From Fimbriimonadales bacterium (GTDB lineage: Bacteria; Armatimonadota; Fimbriimonadia; Fimbriimonadales; ATM1): DNA of 20,393 nt. The notes under the pieces were generated by a model. That model saw nothing but the letters and a program-made list of their open reading frames with translations. It did no database searches and was not told where the DNA came from. The position numbers and the translations under genes were made by a program. The DNA lies in the NCBI GenBank assembly GCA_051003155.1, contig JBPCLO010000028.1, forward strand, positions 1-20,393, given 5' to 3'. Shown here piece after piece: positions 1 through 7,686 of the stretch (position 1 is its first letter; every line of letters begins with the position of its first letter).

Positions 1-397
1 CGCCGTAGGCGAACGTATAGTCGACCTTGAGCGACCGAATCGCACTATAGACCTGGTTGGCTTTCGACGGGTCGATCTCCAGCTCGGCGAGCGCCTTCCT
101 GATCTCGTTGGTCTTGTTGGCGTATCCATGGAAGAGCTTGAAATGCTCGTCATGGGTTTTGCGGCTGATCCCGACCTTCTGGGTGGTGTAAATCTTCTCG
201 GGCAGCGGCGCGGCTTCGACGAGCCTAACTTGTGTCGTTGTGCCTAGCATGGTGTTTTGTACTCCTGTAACTGTTGTTTGCACTGCAGAATTATTCCCGG
301 CCGACGACTTCGCCCAGCTGGGCAATGCTCCGGCTATCCCGATGACACCTAATGTCTTAATCGCCGATCGTCGAGTGACGCTATCTTGAAACGGCAT
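1..397 (-). CDS. Fe/Mn-family superoxide dismutase, N-terminal part (runs off the window), with an in-frame Tat-like leader; alternative internal start at 250
   Basis: Manual translation from ATG 397: MPFQDSVTRRSAIKTLGVIGIAGALPSWAKSSAGNNSAVQTTVTGVQNT-MLGTTTQVRLVEAAPLPEKIYTTQKVGISRKTHDEHFKLFHGYANKTNEIRKALAELEIDPSKANQVYSAIRSLKVDYTFAYG. The IS..T...H..L..GY..K.N segment is the N-terminal helix of Fe/Mn SODs. AGGAG precedes both ATG 397 and ATG 250. Confidence 0.85.
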   Translation of the reverse strand, partial: MPFQDSVTRRSAIKTLGVIGIAGALPSWAKSSAGNNSAVQTTVTGVQNTMLGTTTQVRLVEAAPLPEKIYTTQKVGISRKTHDEHFKLFHGYANKTNEIRKALAELEIDPSKANQVYSAIRSLKVDYTFAYG

Positions 398-556
398 TTA
401 CCTCGCTCCTTGTTGCCAAACTAACGCTTCTACGCTCCCCGCACGTGTCCGTATCGCTCAGAGGCTCCAAACGGCGCGGTCATCAAATATGAACCGCACA
501 CAGGGTTGCTCGGATTGCAAGTGCACCTACAGATCTTAAAGATTGGCTGCGATGTA

Positions 557-1009
557 TCAACACCAGAGTTCAGAGAGCCGATCGATTACTGTTTTGTCGA
601 CCGGGACAGCCACGATGTCGACGCGCGGACTATGTATCTGAAGATTGTAACCCGCGAGTCTCGTAGCGCCCGCCTCTTTAAACCACGTGAAGGTCTCAGC
701 GGCCAGCAAACCCGAGGTGTGCTTGAACCAGCCGATTCGCTTGGAGCTAAGGCAGCGACCCAGCACCTTCTTCACGCTCACGAAGTACCGGTCGCTGCCC
801 GAACGATCGATCACGAGCCTCCAGCGAGTGTCCGCCTCGCGCCAGATCGTGTTCCAATCGCTCGCGTTGTAAAGACGGTGAAAGCGGTCCGCACCCGGCT
901 GCGTTGCTTCAACGGCACGGAAGCCAAAGTAAAAGCAACCGCCGATCAACAGTGCGAACGACGCGAATACAGCTAGACATCCCAACGCCCAGCGCTTGCC
1001 CTTTGTCAT
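557..1009 (-). CDS. Hypothetical membrane-anchored/secreted protein, DUF4019-like
   Basis: 150 aa ORF with a basic N-terminus and hydrophobic helix. Segments FHRLYNASDWNTIW, LG..LSS...GW, ETFTW and LAGYN resemble DUF4019-type proteins (from recall). Confidence 0.6.
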   Translation of the reverse strand: MTKGKRWALGCLAVFASFALLIGGCFYFGFRAVEATQPGADRFHRLYNASDWNTIWREADTRWRLVIDRSGSDRYFVSVKKVLGRCLSSKRIGWFKHTSGLLAAETFTWFKEAGATRLAGYNLQIHSPRVDIVAVPVDKTVIDRLSELWC

Positions 1010-1019
1010 GCCGAGAGAC

Positions 1020-1093
1020 TGGAGCGGCTGATGGGAATCGAACCCACGTCACCTGCTTGGAAGGCAGGAGCTTTACCATTAAGCTACAGCCGC
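1020..1093 (-). tRNA. tRNA-Gly (TCC)
   Basis: GCGGCTGTAGCTTAATGGTAAAGCTCCTGCCTTCCAAGCAGGTGACGTGGGTTCGATTCCCATCAGCCGCTCCA: cloverleaf, anticodon loop CTTCCAA, encoded CCA, 74 nt. Confidence 0.97.
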
Positions 1094-1106
1094 AAGGCCT
1101 TAAAGG

Positions 1107-2225
1107 CTACCCCAAGCCGTACTGGGCCGGGTCCAGGTCGAACAACAGAAGTACGCCGCGGAGGAGCATGAAGATCAGGATCGAGCCGAGCAGTACCCAT
1201 GGCAGGCCGCTCATCAAGAGCCGGCGTCCGAAGCTCGGGATCGGGTGCGAGCTTTGTTTATAGCGAGCCAAAAGTTCCTCGCCGGCCGCCATAGCCCCTT
1301 CGAGCTGAGCCTTGGTCGGAGTTTTGGTGGTTATGTACTGTTGGAAGAGCGAGCCTAGGGGACGCCAGACCGCCATTGTCAGCACCAAGGCGAGCAATGC
1401 CCCCACCTCCCGTAAGCCCGGCCAGAGCGCCTGGATGAGACCCATAAACAGCATAGCGCCGATAGCCAAATTCGTCCCGCAGCGAGGGTGGACCCTGGGC
1501 ATTCGGCGCACCACATCATAGACGAGGGACTCGCGGCGCTCGATCGCGTGGACTACCATGTGCTCCGCCCCGTGAGTGCCTGAAATCGGTAGGGCCCTGA
1601 GCAGGGCAAAGAAAAAGACCGACGGAAGCACGTACAAGACCGCGTATGAAAAACTGCCGCTTAGACGAGGACCGAGGGCGTCCAACACGCCGAAAGTCGC
1701 AAGCACTCCGATGATGAGCAAGCTGACCATGAAACCGCCTGTCGCGACGAGCGCTGCCGGGCCAGCCCCGCCGCTCACCTCGCCATTCGTCAAGAAAACC
1801 CCAAACGGAGTCGCCATGCCCCCGATGAATGGCGGCCGAATGCCGACTTCCGTCGGGTGCAGCAAATCGAGCGTGGTCAGAAGGCCCAAGTACCGGCCTT
1901 CGTTATCGACGACGACGAGCGACGGCCTCCTCGACGACGTGAGAATGGCGCGTGCCTCGGCATGGCTGGCATTGGGCAGAATTCGAGGCGGCTCTTTGTC
2001 GAGCCAATGGGAAATGGGCAAAGTTTGCGGTACGTCGGCAAGAGCGGCGGCCTTGATGTCTTCCGACCATACGACGCCTACGACAAAGGACCCGTCGAGC
2101 ACCGGTACCGCATCTGCGCCTGACTCTCGGATGGCCTCGATGGCGGAGGCCAGCGATGACTCGATGTAAAGCGGCCGGACAGCGCGAATCGAAGTGATGA
2201 TCGGATCCCCCAGAGTTCTCGCCAC
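1107..2225 (-). CDS. CBS-domain pair fused to a DUF1385 membrane domain
   Basis: N-terminal CBS signatures (AVPVLD..VVGVV; SLVVVDNEGRYLGLLT). C-terminal DUF1385 motifs GGMA..FGV, HGAEH and RVHPRCGT with TM helices. GTG start. Confidence 0.85.
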   Translation of the reverse strand: MARTLGDPIITSIRAVRPLYIESSLASAIEAIRESGADAVPVLDGSFVVGVVWSEDIKAAALADVPQTLPISHWLDKEPPRILPNASHAEARAILTSSRRPSLVVVDNEGRYLGLLTTLDLLHPTEVGIRPPFIGGMATPFGVFLTNGEVSGGAGPAALVATGGFMVSLLIIGVLATFGVLDALGPRLSGSFSYAVLYVLPSVFFFALLRALPISGTHGAEHMVVHAIERRESLVYDVVRRMPRVHPRCGTNLAIGAMLFMGLIQALWPGLREVGALLALVLTMAVWRPLGSLFQQYITTKTPTKAQLEGAMAAGEELLARYKQSSHPIPSFGRRLLMSGLPWVLLGSILIFMLLRGVLLLFDLDPAQYGLG

Positions 2226-2254
2226 GCTGAATTATGGTACACAGGGCGAGTCGA

Positions 2255-3220
2255 ATGGTGAAGAGGTTTGCAGTCCTAACGAGCGGTGGCGATGCCCCGG
2301 GAATGAATGCCGCAATTCGTTCGGTGGTTCGTACTGGACTGTCGAAGGGGGCGGAAGTTTTCGGTGTCGCCCACGGGTATGACGGTTTGCAGGCAGGTGA
2401 GATCAACCCGATGGAGTCGAAAGACGTCGGCGCTATCATCTCGCTCGGAGGAACGGTTCTTAGAAGTTCGCGAAGCCCGAAGTTCAAACGATCGCCGGCA
2501 CGCAGGGCAGCCGCTGGCCACTTGTGGTCGCTTGGCATCGAAGGGCTGATCGTTATCGGGGGAGACGGCTCGCTGACGGGCGCGGACGTGTTCAGCCGAG
2601 AACAGGGCATCGCGGTGATCGGGATCCCGGCTTCGATAGACAACGACATCCCGAGAACCGACAATAGCATCGGGTTTCAAACCGCTGTGGATACCGCTCT
2701 CGACGCGATCGACAGGGTGCGCGACACTGCCTATTCGCATGACCGCGTGTTCGTGATCGAGGTGATGGGGCGTCGAAAGGGATTCATCGCGGTGGAGGCG
2801 GGCCTCGCGGGAGGTGCCGAAGAGATTCTCATTCCTGAGAGGTCGTTCGACCTTGCTAAAGTTTGTCAAAGGCTGGTCGCAGGTCAGAAGCGGGGCAAGC
2901 GCAGCAGTATCTTCGTGGTCGCAGAGGGGGCGATCAAGGCGGCCGCCGTGTGCTCATTCATAACGAGCGAGACGGAGTACGAAGCGCGTTACCTCGTTCT
3001 GGGGCACATGCAGCGGGGCGGGTCGCCTTGCGCCTATGACCGGGTTCTTGCGACGCGGCTCGGGCATCATGCCGTGCTTCGGCTGATGGCGGGCGGCACG
3101 GGAGAGTACGTCGGGACATCAGCCAACAAGATCGTCTCGAACCCGATTCGGGAGGGCCTCGCCACCGAAAAGCCGATCGATCCCGAGCGCCTCGAACTCG
3201 CGGGGATCATGGCACGGTGA
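2255..3220 (+). CDS. pfkA: ATP-dependent 6-phosphofructokinase
   Basis: Motifs VLTSGGDAPGMNAAIR, GGT.L.SSR, IGGDGS, IDND, EVMGR and LGHMQRGG. Start placed at ATG 2255 (MVKRFAVL); the track starts at 2234. Confidence 0.96.
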   Translation: MVKRFAVLTSGGDAPGMNAAIRSVVRTGLSKGAEVFGVAHGYDGLQAGEINPMESKDVGAIISLGGTVLRSSRSPKFKRSPARRAAAGHLWSLGIEGLIVIGGDGSLTGADVFSREQGIAVIGIPASIDNDIPRTDNSIGFQTAVDTALDAIDRVRDTAYSHDRVFVIEVMGRRKGFIAVEAGLAGGAEEILIPERSFDLAKVCQRLVAGQKRGKRSSIFVVAEGAIKAAAVCSFITSETEYEARYLVLGHMQRGGSPCAYDRVLATRLGHHAVLRLMAGGTGEYVGTSANKIVSNPIREGLATEKPIDPERLELAGIMAR

Positions 3221-4134
3221 TTCTGAGCGTCACGCTCAATCCGAGCGTCGACCGGACGCTATTCGTCGAAACGCTCAAAGTTGCCGACACGAACCGGATC
3301 GTTAGGACTGAGACGGACGCGGGTGGAAAAGGCGTCAATGTGGCTCGGGTGGCCGCCGAACTCGGACTCGACGTAATCGCCACCGGATTCCTCGCCGGAA
3401 AACCGGGGCTGTTCGTCAAGCAAGTCTTGGATGAGGAAGCTGTCTCGCATTCCTTCATCGAGGTGCCCGGCGAAACGCGGCTCAACATTCTGGTCGAGAC
3501 TACCGAGGGCCCGCCCACCACTTTCAACGAGCGCGGCCCAGTAATCTCGAAAGACTCGTGGACAGAGTTGCTGGACGCAATCGGCTCGCGCATCGGCTGG
3601 TTCAACTATGTCGTGATGGGTGGTTCGATTCCACCGGGTCTGGGCGCGGAGGCGTTCGGCGAGATACTTACCTCTGTGAATAAGCCGTGCGTGGTGGACG
3701 CCGACGGCGACGCTCTGAGACTCGCCCTCGACCGCAAGCCGTTTATGGTTAAGCCGAATCGGCAGGAGGCGGAGCGGCTGTTGAACGTCACGATAGGCGA
3801 TATCGGCCAGGCTCTGCGTGCGGCACGCGAGCTGAGGAATCGGGGCGTGACTATCGCGATCGTTTCGCTCGGTAAAGACGGCGCGGTGATGGCGTCCGAT
3901 CAGGGAGAGTTCATCGCTGACGCCCCAAGAGTGGAAGTCGTGAGCACCGTCGGCGCGGGCGATTCGCTGATTGGCGGCTTTTTGCACCGGCTAGAGCTAC
4001 GGATGGATCACGCGGATTGTCTGCGATGGGGAGTTGCGGCCGGCGCAGCAACGGCGACGACCAGCGCATCCGAGATTTGCAGACGAGCAAAGGTCGAGGA
4101 ATTGCTACCTAGCGTCATAATCCGCGAACCATGA
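3217..4134 (+). CDS. 1-phosphofructokinase family (PfkB/FruK) hexose kinase
   Basis: Motifs MILSVTLNPSVD, GGKGVNVA, GETR.N, KPN..E and STVGAGDS. GTGA overlap with the pfkA stop. Confidence 0.93.
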   Translation: MILSVTLNPSVDRTLFVETLKVADTNRIVRTETDAGGKGVNVARVAAELGLDVIATGFLAGKPGLFVKQVLDEEAVSHSFIEVPGETRLNILVETTEGPPTTFNERGPVISKDSWTELLDAIGSRIGWFNYVVMGGSIPPGLGAEAFGEILTSVNKPCVVDADGDALRLALDRKPFMVKPNRQEAERLLNVTIGDIGQALRAARELRNRGVTIAIVSLGKDGAVMASDQGEFIADAPRVEVVSTVGAGDSLIGGFLHRLELRMDHADCLRWGVAAGAATATTSASEICRRAKVEELLPSVIIREP

Positions 4135-4706
4135 AACGCCGCGAAGTGTGGACCACGTACCGCAAACTTATGTCGAACATGGTGCCGGCCATGGTTTTCG
4201 TGCCGATTTTCGCGGCTGGCCTCATGCTCTACCAGCGGGGCCAGATTATTCCGGCGCTCGTTTGCATCGCCGGGAGCCCGATCGCCGGTCTTTTCGCGGT
4301 CAACTACCTCGGGCCCTTTCAGAACCGGCAAATGAGAAAGGAACTCGCGCCGCTCATGCAAGGCCGTGACGGGCATGCCCTATTCGTCGGTTTTGCGAAG
4401 CCCGGAACCATGTCGCCACTCGATCCGCACGATGATCTAGGTTGGCTGTACGTCGGCAGGGACGCAGTGGAGTTTATCGGCGAAAGGGGCGCCTACCGAA
4501 TGGACTGGACAGACGTACGCGGCGTGCGCTTCCGGCCGAACGCGCACTCGATCGTCGGCCTCGGCCGCTGGGTGTCTCTCGAGGGAAATAAGGACGGCAA
4601 AGACTTGCGATTAATGGTCGAGCCACGAGTGCATAGCTCTCTGCTCGCAAACAAAAAGGAAGGCGCTGCGCTTCTGAAGCGGCTCAAATCTTCGGTGCCG
4701 CGCTAG
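4131..4706 (+). CDS. Hypothetical membrane protein (two N-terminal TM helices plus a soluble domain)
   Basis: 191 aa, ATGA overlap with the preceding gene, two hydrophobic stretches. Confidence 0.8.
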   Translation: MKRREVWTTYRKLMSNMVPAMVFVPIFAAGLMLYQRGQIIPALVCIAGSPIAGLFAVNYLGPFQNRQMRKELAPLMQGRDGHALFVGFAKPGTMSPLDPHDDLGWLYVGRDAVEFIGERGAYRMDWTDVRGVRFRPNAHSIVGLGRWVSLEGNKDGKDLRLMVEPRVHSSLLANKKEGAALLKRLKSSVPR

Positions 4707-4710
4707 AGGT

Positions 4711-4735
4711 CACCCCTCCTGCCCCAGGAGAGGTG
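4711..4735 (+). terminator. Stem-loop after the pfkA operon (possible terminator or stability hairpin)
   Basis: CACC-C-CTCCTG-ccc-CAGGAG-A-GGTG begins 4 nt after the stop. There is no U-tract. Confidence 0.4.
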
Positions 4736-4743
4736 GGTCCCGG

Positions 4744-4749
4744 TAGAAT
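4744..4749 (+). promoter_or_regulatory. -10 box for leaderless pgk
   Basis: TAGAAT lies 7 nt before GTG 4757 and there is no SD. Confidence 0.6.
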
Positions 4750-4756
4750 CCGTCGC

Positions 4757-5935
4757 GTGCCAGTCAACGTAAAGAGCATCCGAGATATCGACGCTAGCGG
4801 CAAGCGCGTGTTCGTCCGTTGCGACTTCAACGTGCCCCAGGACGAATCGGGCGCGATTACCGACGACAGCCGCATAGTCGCCGCCCTCCCGACCATCCAG
4901 GCACTTCTCGACGTCGACGCTTCGATCGTGCTCGCAAGCCACCTCGGAAGGCCCAAGGGCCGCGACGAAAAGTGGACGCTGAAGCCGGTGGCGAAGCGGT
5001 TGTCCGAGCTGCTGGGACAGGAAGTCCAGCTGGCCCCGGACTGCGTCGGGCCGGAGGTCGAGGAGATGGCCACGGCATTGACACAGCGCGAAGTTCTGCT
5101 GCTCGAGAACCTTCGGTTTCACGAGGAAGAGACCAAAAACGATCCGGGGTTCGCCAGGCAACTGGCGGCACTCGCCGAGGTTTTTGTGAACGATGCCTTC
5201 GGCAGCGCTCACCGGGCCCACGCGAGCACGGAGGGAATCGCGCACCATTTGCCTGCCGTCGCAGGGCTCTTGATGCTTAAGGAGATCGAGTTCCTGGGCA
5301 AGGCTCTGGAAAATCCCAAATCGCCGTTCGTCGCCATCTTGGGCGGCGCGAAGGTCAAGGACAAGATCCGCGTGATCGAGAACCTGCTGCCGAAGGTCGA
5401 TGCGTTGCTCATCGGCGGCGGGATGATGTTTACCTTTCTCAAGGCGCAGGGCCTCGCGATCGGCAAATCCCTGCTCGATGCGGAGAATGTCGCGTTTGCG
5501 AAGAAGGTACTCACCGCGCATCCCGACAAGATCGTTTTGCCTTCCGACGTCGTGGTGACGCCCGTCCTCGCCGAGGATGCCCACGCCAAGGTCGTCCGCC
5601 TGGACCAAATTCCCGAGGACTACATCGGCGCGGACATCGGCCCCGAGGCGCAGCTGCAATTCGGTGAGCGAATCCGCGCGGCGAGTACTGTCGTTTGGAA
5701 CGGGCCGATGGGAGTGTTCGAACTGAAGCCGTTTTCAGGCGGCACGCGGGCCGTGGCGGCAGCCATGGCGGAATGCGACGGCTTGACGGTAGTTGGAGGT
5801 GGTGATACGGCCGCCGCGGTCGAACATTTCGGCCTTACAGACCGAATGAACCACGTGAGCACCGGCGGTGGCGCGAGCCTGGAGTTCATGGAGGGCAAGG
5901 TCCTTCCCGGAATCGCATCTTTAGGGACCAAATAG
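4757..5935 (+). CDS. pgk: Phosphoglycerate kinase
   Basis: Motifs GKRVFVRCDFNVP, SHLGRPKG, LLENLRF, NDAFGSAHRAHAS, WNGPMGVFE and HVSTGGGASLEF. Start at GTG 4757. Confidence 0.97.
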   Translation: MPVNVKSIRDIDASGKRVFVRCDFNVPQDESGAITDDSRIVAALPTIQALLDVDASIVLASHLGRPKGRDEKWTLKPVAKRLSELLGQEVQLAPDCVGPEVEEMATALTQREVLLLENLRFHEEETKNDPGFARQLAALAEVFVNDAFGSAHRAHASTEGIAHHLPAVAGLLMLKEIEFLGKALENPKSPFVAILGGAKVKDKIRVIENLLPKVDALLIGGGMMFTFLKAQGLAIGKSLLDAENVAFAKKVLTAHPDKIVLPSDVVVTPVLAEDAHAKVVRLDQIPEDYIGADIGPEAQLQFGERIRAASTVVWNGPMGVFELKPFSGGTRAVAAAMAECDGLTVVGGGDTAAAVEHFGLTDRMNHVSTGGGASLEFMEGKVLPGIASLGTK

Positions 5936-5941
5936 CGAAGG

Positions 5942-5947
5942 TATAAT
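5942..5947 (+). promoter_or_regulatory. -10 box of tRNA-Ile
   Basis: Perfect TATAAT 10 nt upstream of the mature tRNA 5' end. Confidence 0.6.
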
Positions 5948-5957
5948 CCGCATTCCC

Positions 5958-6034
5958 GGGCTCATAGCTCAGTTGGTTAGAGCGCGCCCCTGATAAGGGC
6001 GAGGTCGGTAGTTCGAATCTACCTGGGCCCACCA
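5958..6034 (+). tRNA. tRNA-Ile (GAT)
   Basis: GGGCTCATAGCTCAGTTGGTTAGAGCGCGCCCCTGATAAGGGCGAGGTCGGTAGTTCGAATCTACCTGGGCCCACCA: anticodon loop CTGATAA, CCA end, 77 nt. Confidence 0.97.
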
Positions 6035-6067
6035 ACCTCGACCGCCGACTGCCGAGACATTGGGACT

Positions 6068-6505
6068 TCAGTTAAGCTCTAGGCACGCTCGGATGATCTC
6101 GGCGTCGTAACCCGCTGTTGCTAACCGTCTCGAGAGCTGCTGCACCTCAGCCGCGCGATGCTTGTGCAGGAACCGCTGCGCTGAGTCTGCGTCCGAAGGC
6201 AGCCGTTGCAGCGCATGCTCGATGGATTCAGAAGATGCCCCTCTGCAGTCGAGGTCGGCGCAAATCCGCTCCTTCGCCCAAGCCTTGTCGCGAGAGAGCC
6301 TTTCGGCAAGCAGACCCGCAACCCGCACGTCGTCGATCACCTTCTTTTCCGACAAAAAGGTGATCGCTTCATCGATGGCGGCGTCCGAGGCCCCGGCAGC
6401 TTTGCACTTCGCCCGCACCTGCGACTCGAAACCATCTCGGCCGCGGAGGAATTTTAACGCGGCCGAGAGAGCTAGGTCGTAATCCGAATTACTCTTCGTC
6501 TTCGT
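6068..6505 (-). CDS. recX: Regulatory protein RecX (start uncertain)
   Basis: Directly downstream of recA. RecX-like helices: ALKFL..RD..ESQVR.K, L.EKKVIDD...A, W..ERI..DL..RG and RRL...GY..EII. Confidence 0.85.
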   Translation of the reverse strand, partial: TKTKSNSDYDLALSAALKFLRGRDGFESQVRAKCKAAGASDAAIDEAITFLSEKKVIDDVRVAGLLAERLSRDKAWAKERICADLDCRGASSESIEHALQRLPSDADSAQRFLHKHRAAEVQQLSRRLATAGYDAEIIRACLELN

Positions 6506-7583
6506 CGCCTGCCAGTTCGGAAGCTTCGGGTGGAGCGAGAACCGTGCCTTTCTTCGCGGCCATTTCGTGGCGAATTTTCTTGTCAATCTCGTCGAGTAGC
6601 TGCGGGTTGTCGGTGAGGAACTGCCTGGAATTGTCGCGCCCTTGACCAAGCCGCAGTTCGCCGTAGTTGTAATACGTGCCGCTCTTGCCGATGATCCCGA
6701 TCTTGGCTGCCACGTCCAATAGATCGCCGGCCCTGCTGATTCCTTGGCCAAAGAGAAGGTCGAACTCGGTCGTCTTGAACGGTGGCGCGACTTTGTTTTT
6801 CACAACCTTCACCTTCGTGCGCGCGCCGATCGGCTCGGCGCCGTCCTTGATCGTCTCCGCGCGTCGGACTTCGAGCCGCACGGATGCCCAGAATTTGAGC
6901 GACCGGCCGCCAGGAGTCACTTCGGGATTGCCATAAAGCACACCGATCTTCTCCCGAAGCTGGTTTACGAAAATCACCGCCGTTTTGGTTTTGCTGACAT
7001 GGCCCCCCAACTTGCGCAAAGCCTGCGACATCATGCGGGCTTGGATACCCACGAACGTGTCACCCATCTCGCCTTCGATCTCGGCTTTGGGAACCAAGGC
7101 GGCCACCGAATCCAAGACGACGACATCCACTGCGCCTGAGCGGATGACGGCGTCCATGATCTCCAAAGCTTCCTCGCCGGTCGCCGGCTGTGAGATATAA
7201 AGCTTGTCTACATCGACACCGAGCGCGCGCGCATATTCGACATCGAGAGCGTGCTCCGCGTCCACATAGAGCGCAAGTCCTCCGCGCTTCTGAGCCTCGG
7301 CGACGACGTGCAGCGCGATCGTCGTTTTGCCCGAGCTCTCCGTTCCGTAAATCTCAGTCATCCTGGCACGCGGAATTCCGCCCACGCCCAGCGCCAGGTC
7401 AAGGCTGATCGAACCGGTGGGGATGGCGTCCACGGCTTGGGCCGCCGTTTCCCCGAGCCGCATGATCGCGCCCTTGCCAAAAGCCTTTTCAACCTGGCCG
7501 AACGCCATCGTCAGTGCGCGTTCCTTGTCCGTACAGCCTTTGTCTTCAACCATCACGTCACCATTCTTCGTCGCCGTTGCCAT
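6489..7583 (-). CDS. recA: Recombinase RecA
   Basis: Motifs [47 protein letters not shown] and [19 protein letters not shown] upstream. Confidence 0.99.
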   Translation of the reverse strand: MATATKNGDVMVEDKGCTDKERALTMAFGQVEKAFGKGAIMRLGETAAQAVDAIPTGSISLDLALGVGGIPRARMTEIYGTESSGKTTIALHVVAEAQKRGGLALYVDAEHALDVEYARALGVDVDKLYISQPATGEEALEIMDAVIRSGAVDVVVLDSVAALVPKAEIEGEMGDTFVGIQARMMSQALRKLGGHVSKTKTAVIFVNQLREKIGVLYGNPEVTPGGRSLKFWASVRLEVRRAETIKDGAEPIGARTKVKVVKNKVAPPFKTTEFDLLFGQGISRAGDLLDVAAKIGIIGKSGTYYNYGELRLGQGRDNSRQFLTDNPQLLDEIDKKIRHEMAAKKGTVLAPPEASELAGDEDEE

Positions 7584-7606
7584 GATATCCTCCCAAAATA
7601 GATATG

Positions 7607-7622
7607 GTAGACATTATTCTAC
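7607..7622. promoter_or_regulatory. Palindromic operator candidate over the recA -10/+1 region
   Basis: GTAGA-CATTAT-TCTAC: perfect 5-bp arms overlapping the -10 hexamer. Confidence 0.55.
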
Positions 7623-7644
7623 ATAGTTTTCCAAGGCTTGTCAA
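7616..7644 (-). promoter_or_regulatory. Sigma70-type recA promoter
   Basis: Minus strand TTGACA (7644-7639), 17 nt spacer, TAGAAT (7621-7616). Confidence 0.85.
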
Positions 7645-7686
7645 GAGGGCTGGAAGTTTTTTTGGCGCGGAGTGGAATAATGTAGC

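Noticed and set aside
4703..5659. 318-aa antisense ORF, and similar shadows (506-976, 1576-2169, 1903-2670, 3259-3987, 16143-16925, 17747-18445, 18421-19119)
   Set aside because: They lie opposite or across better-supported genes, show no motifs, and are expected from GC-rich codon bias.
6587..6751. Long N-terminal extension of recX in the ORF track
   Set aside because: It is an alternate frame of recA with no RecX-like sequence.
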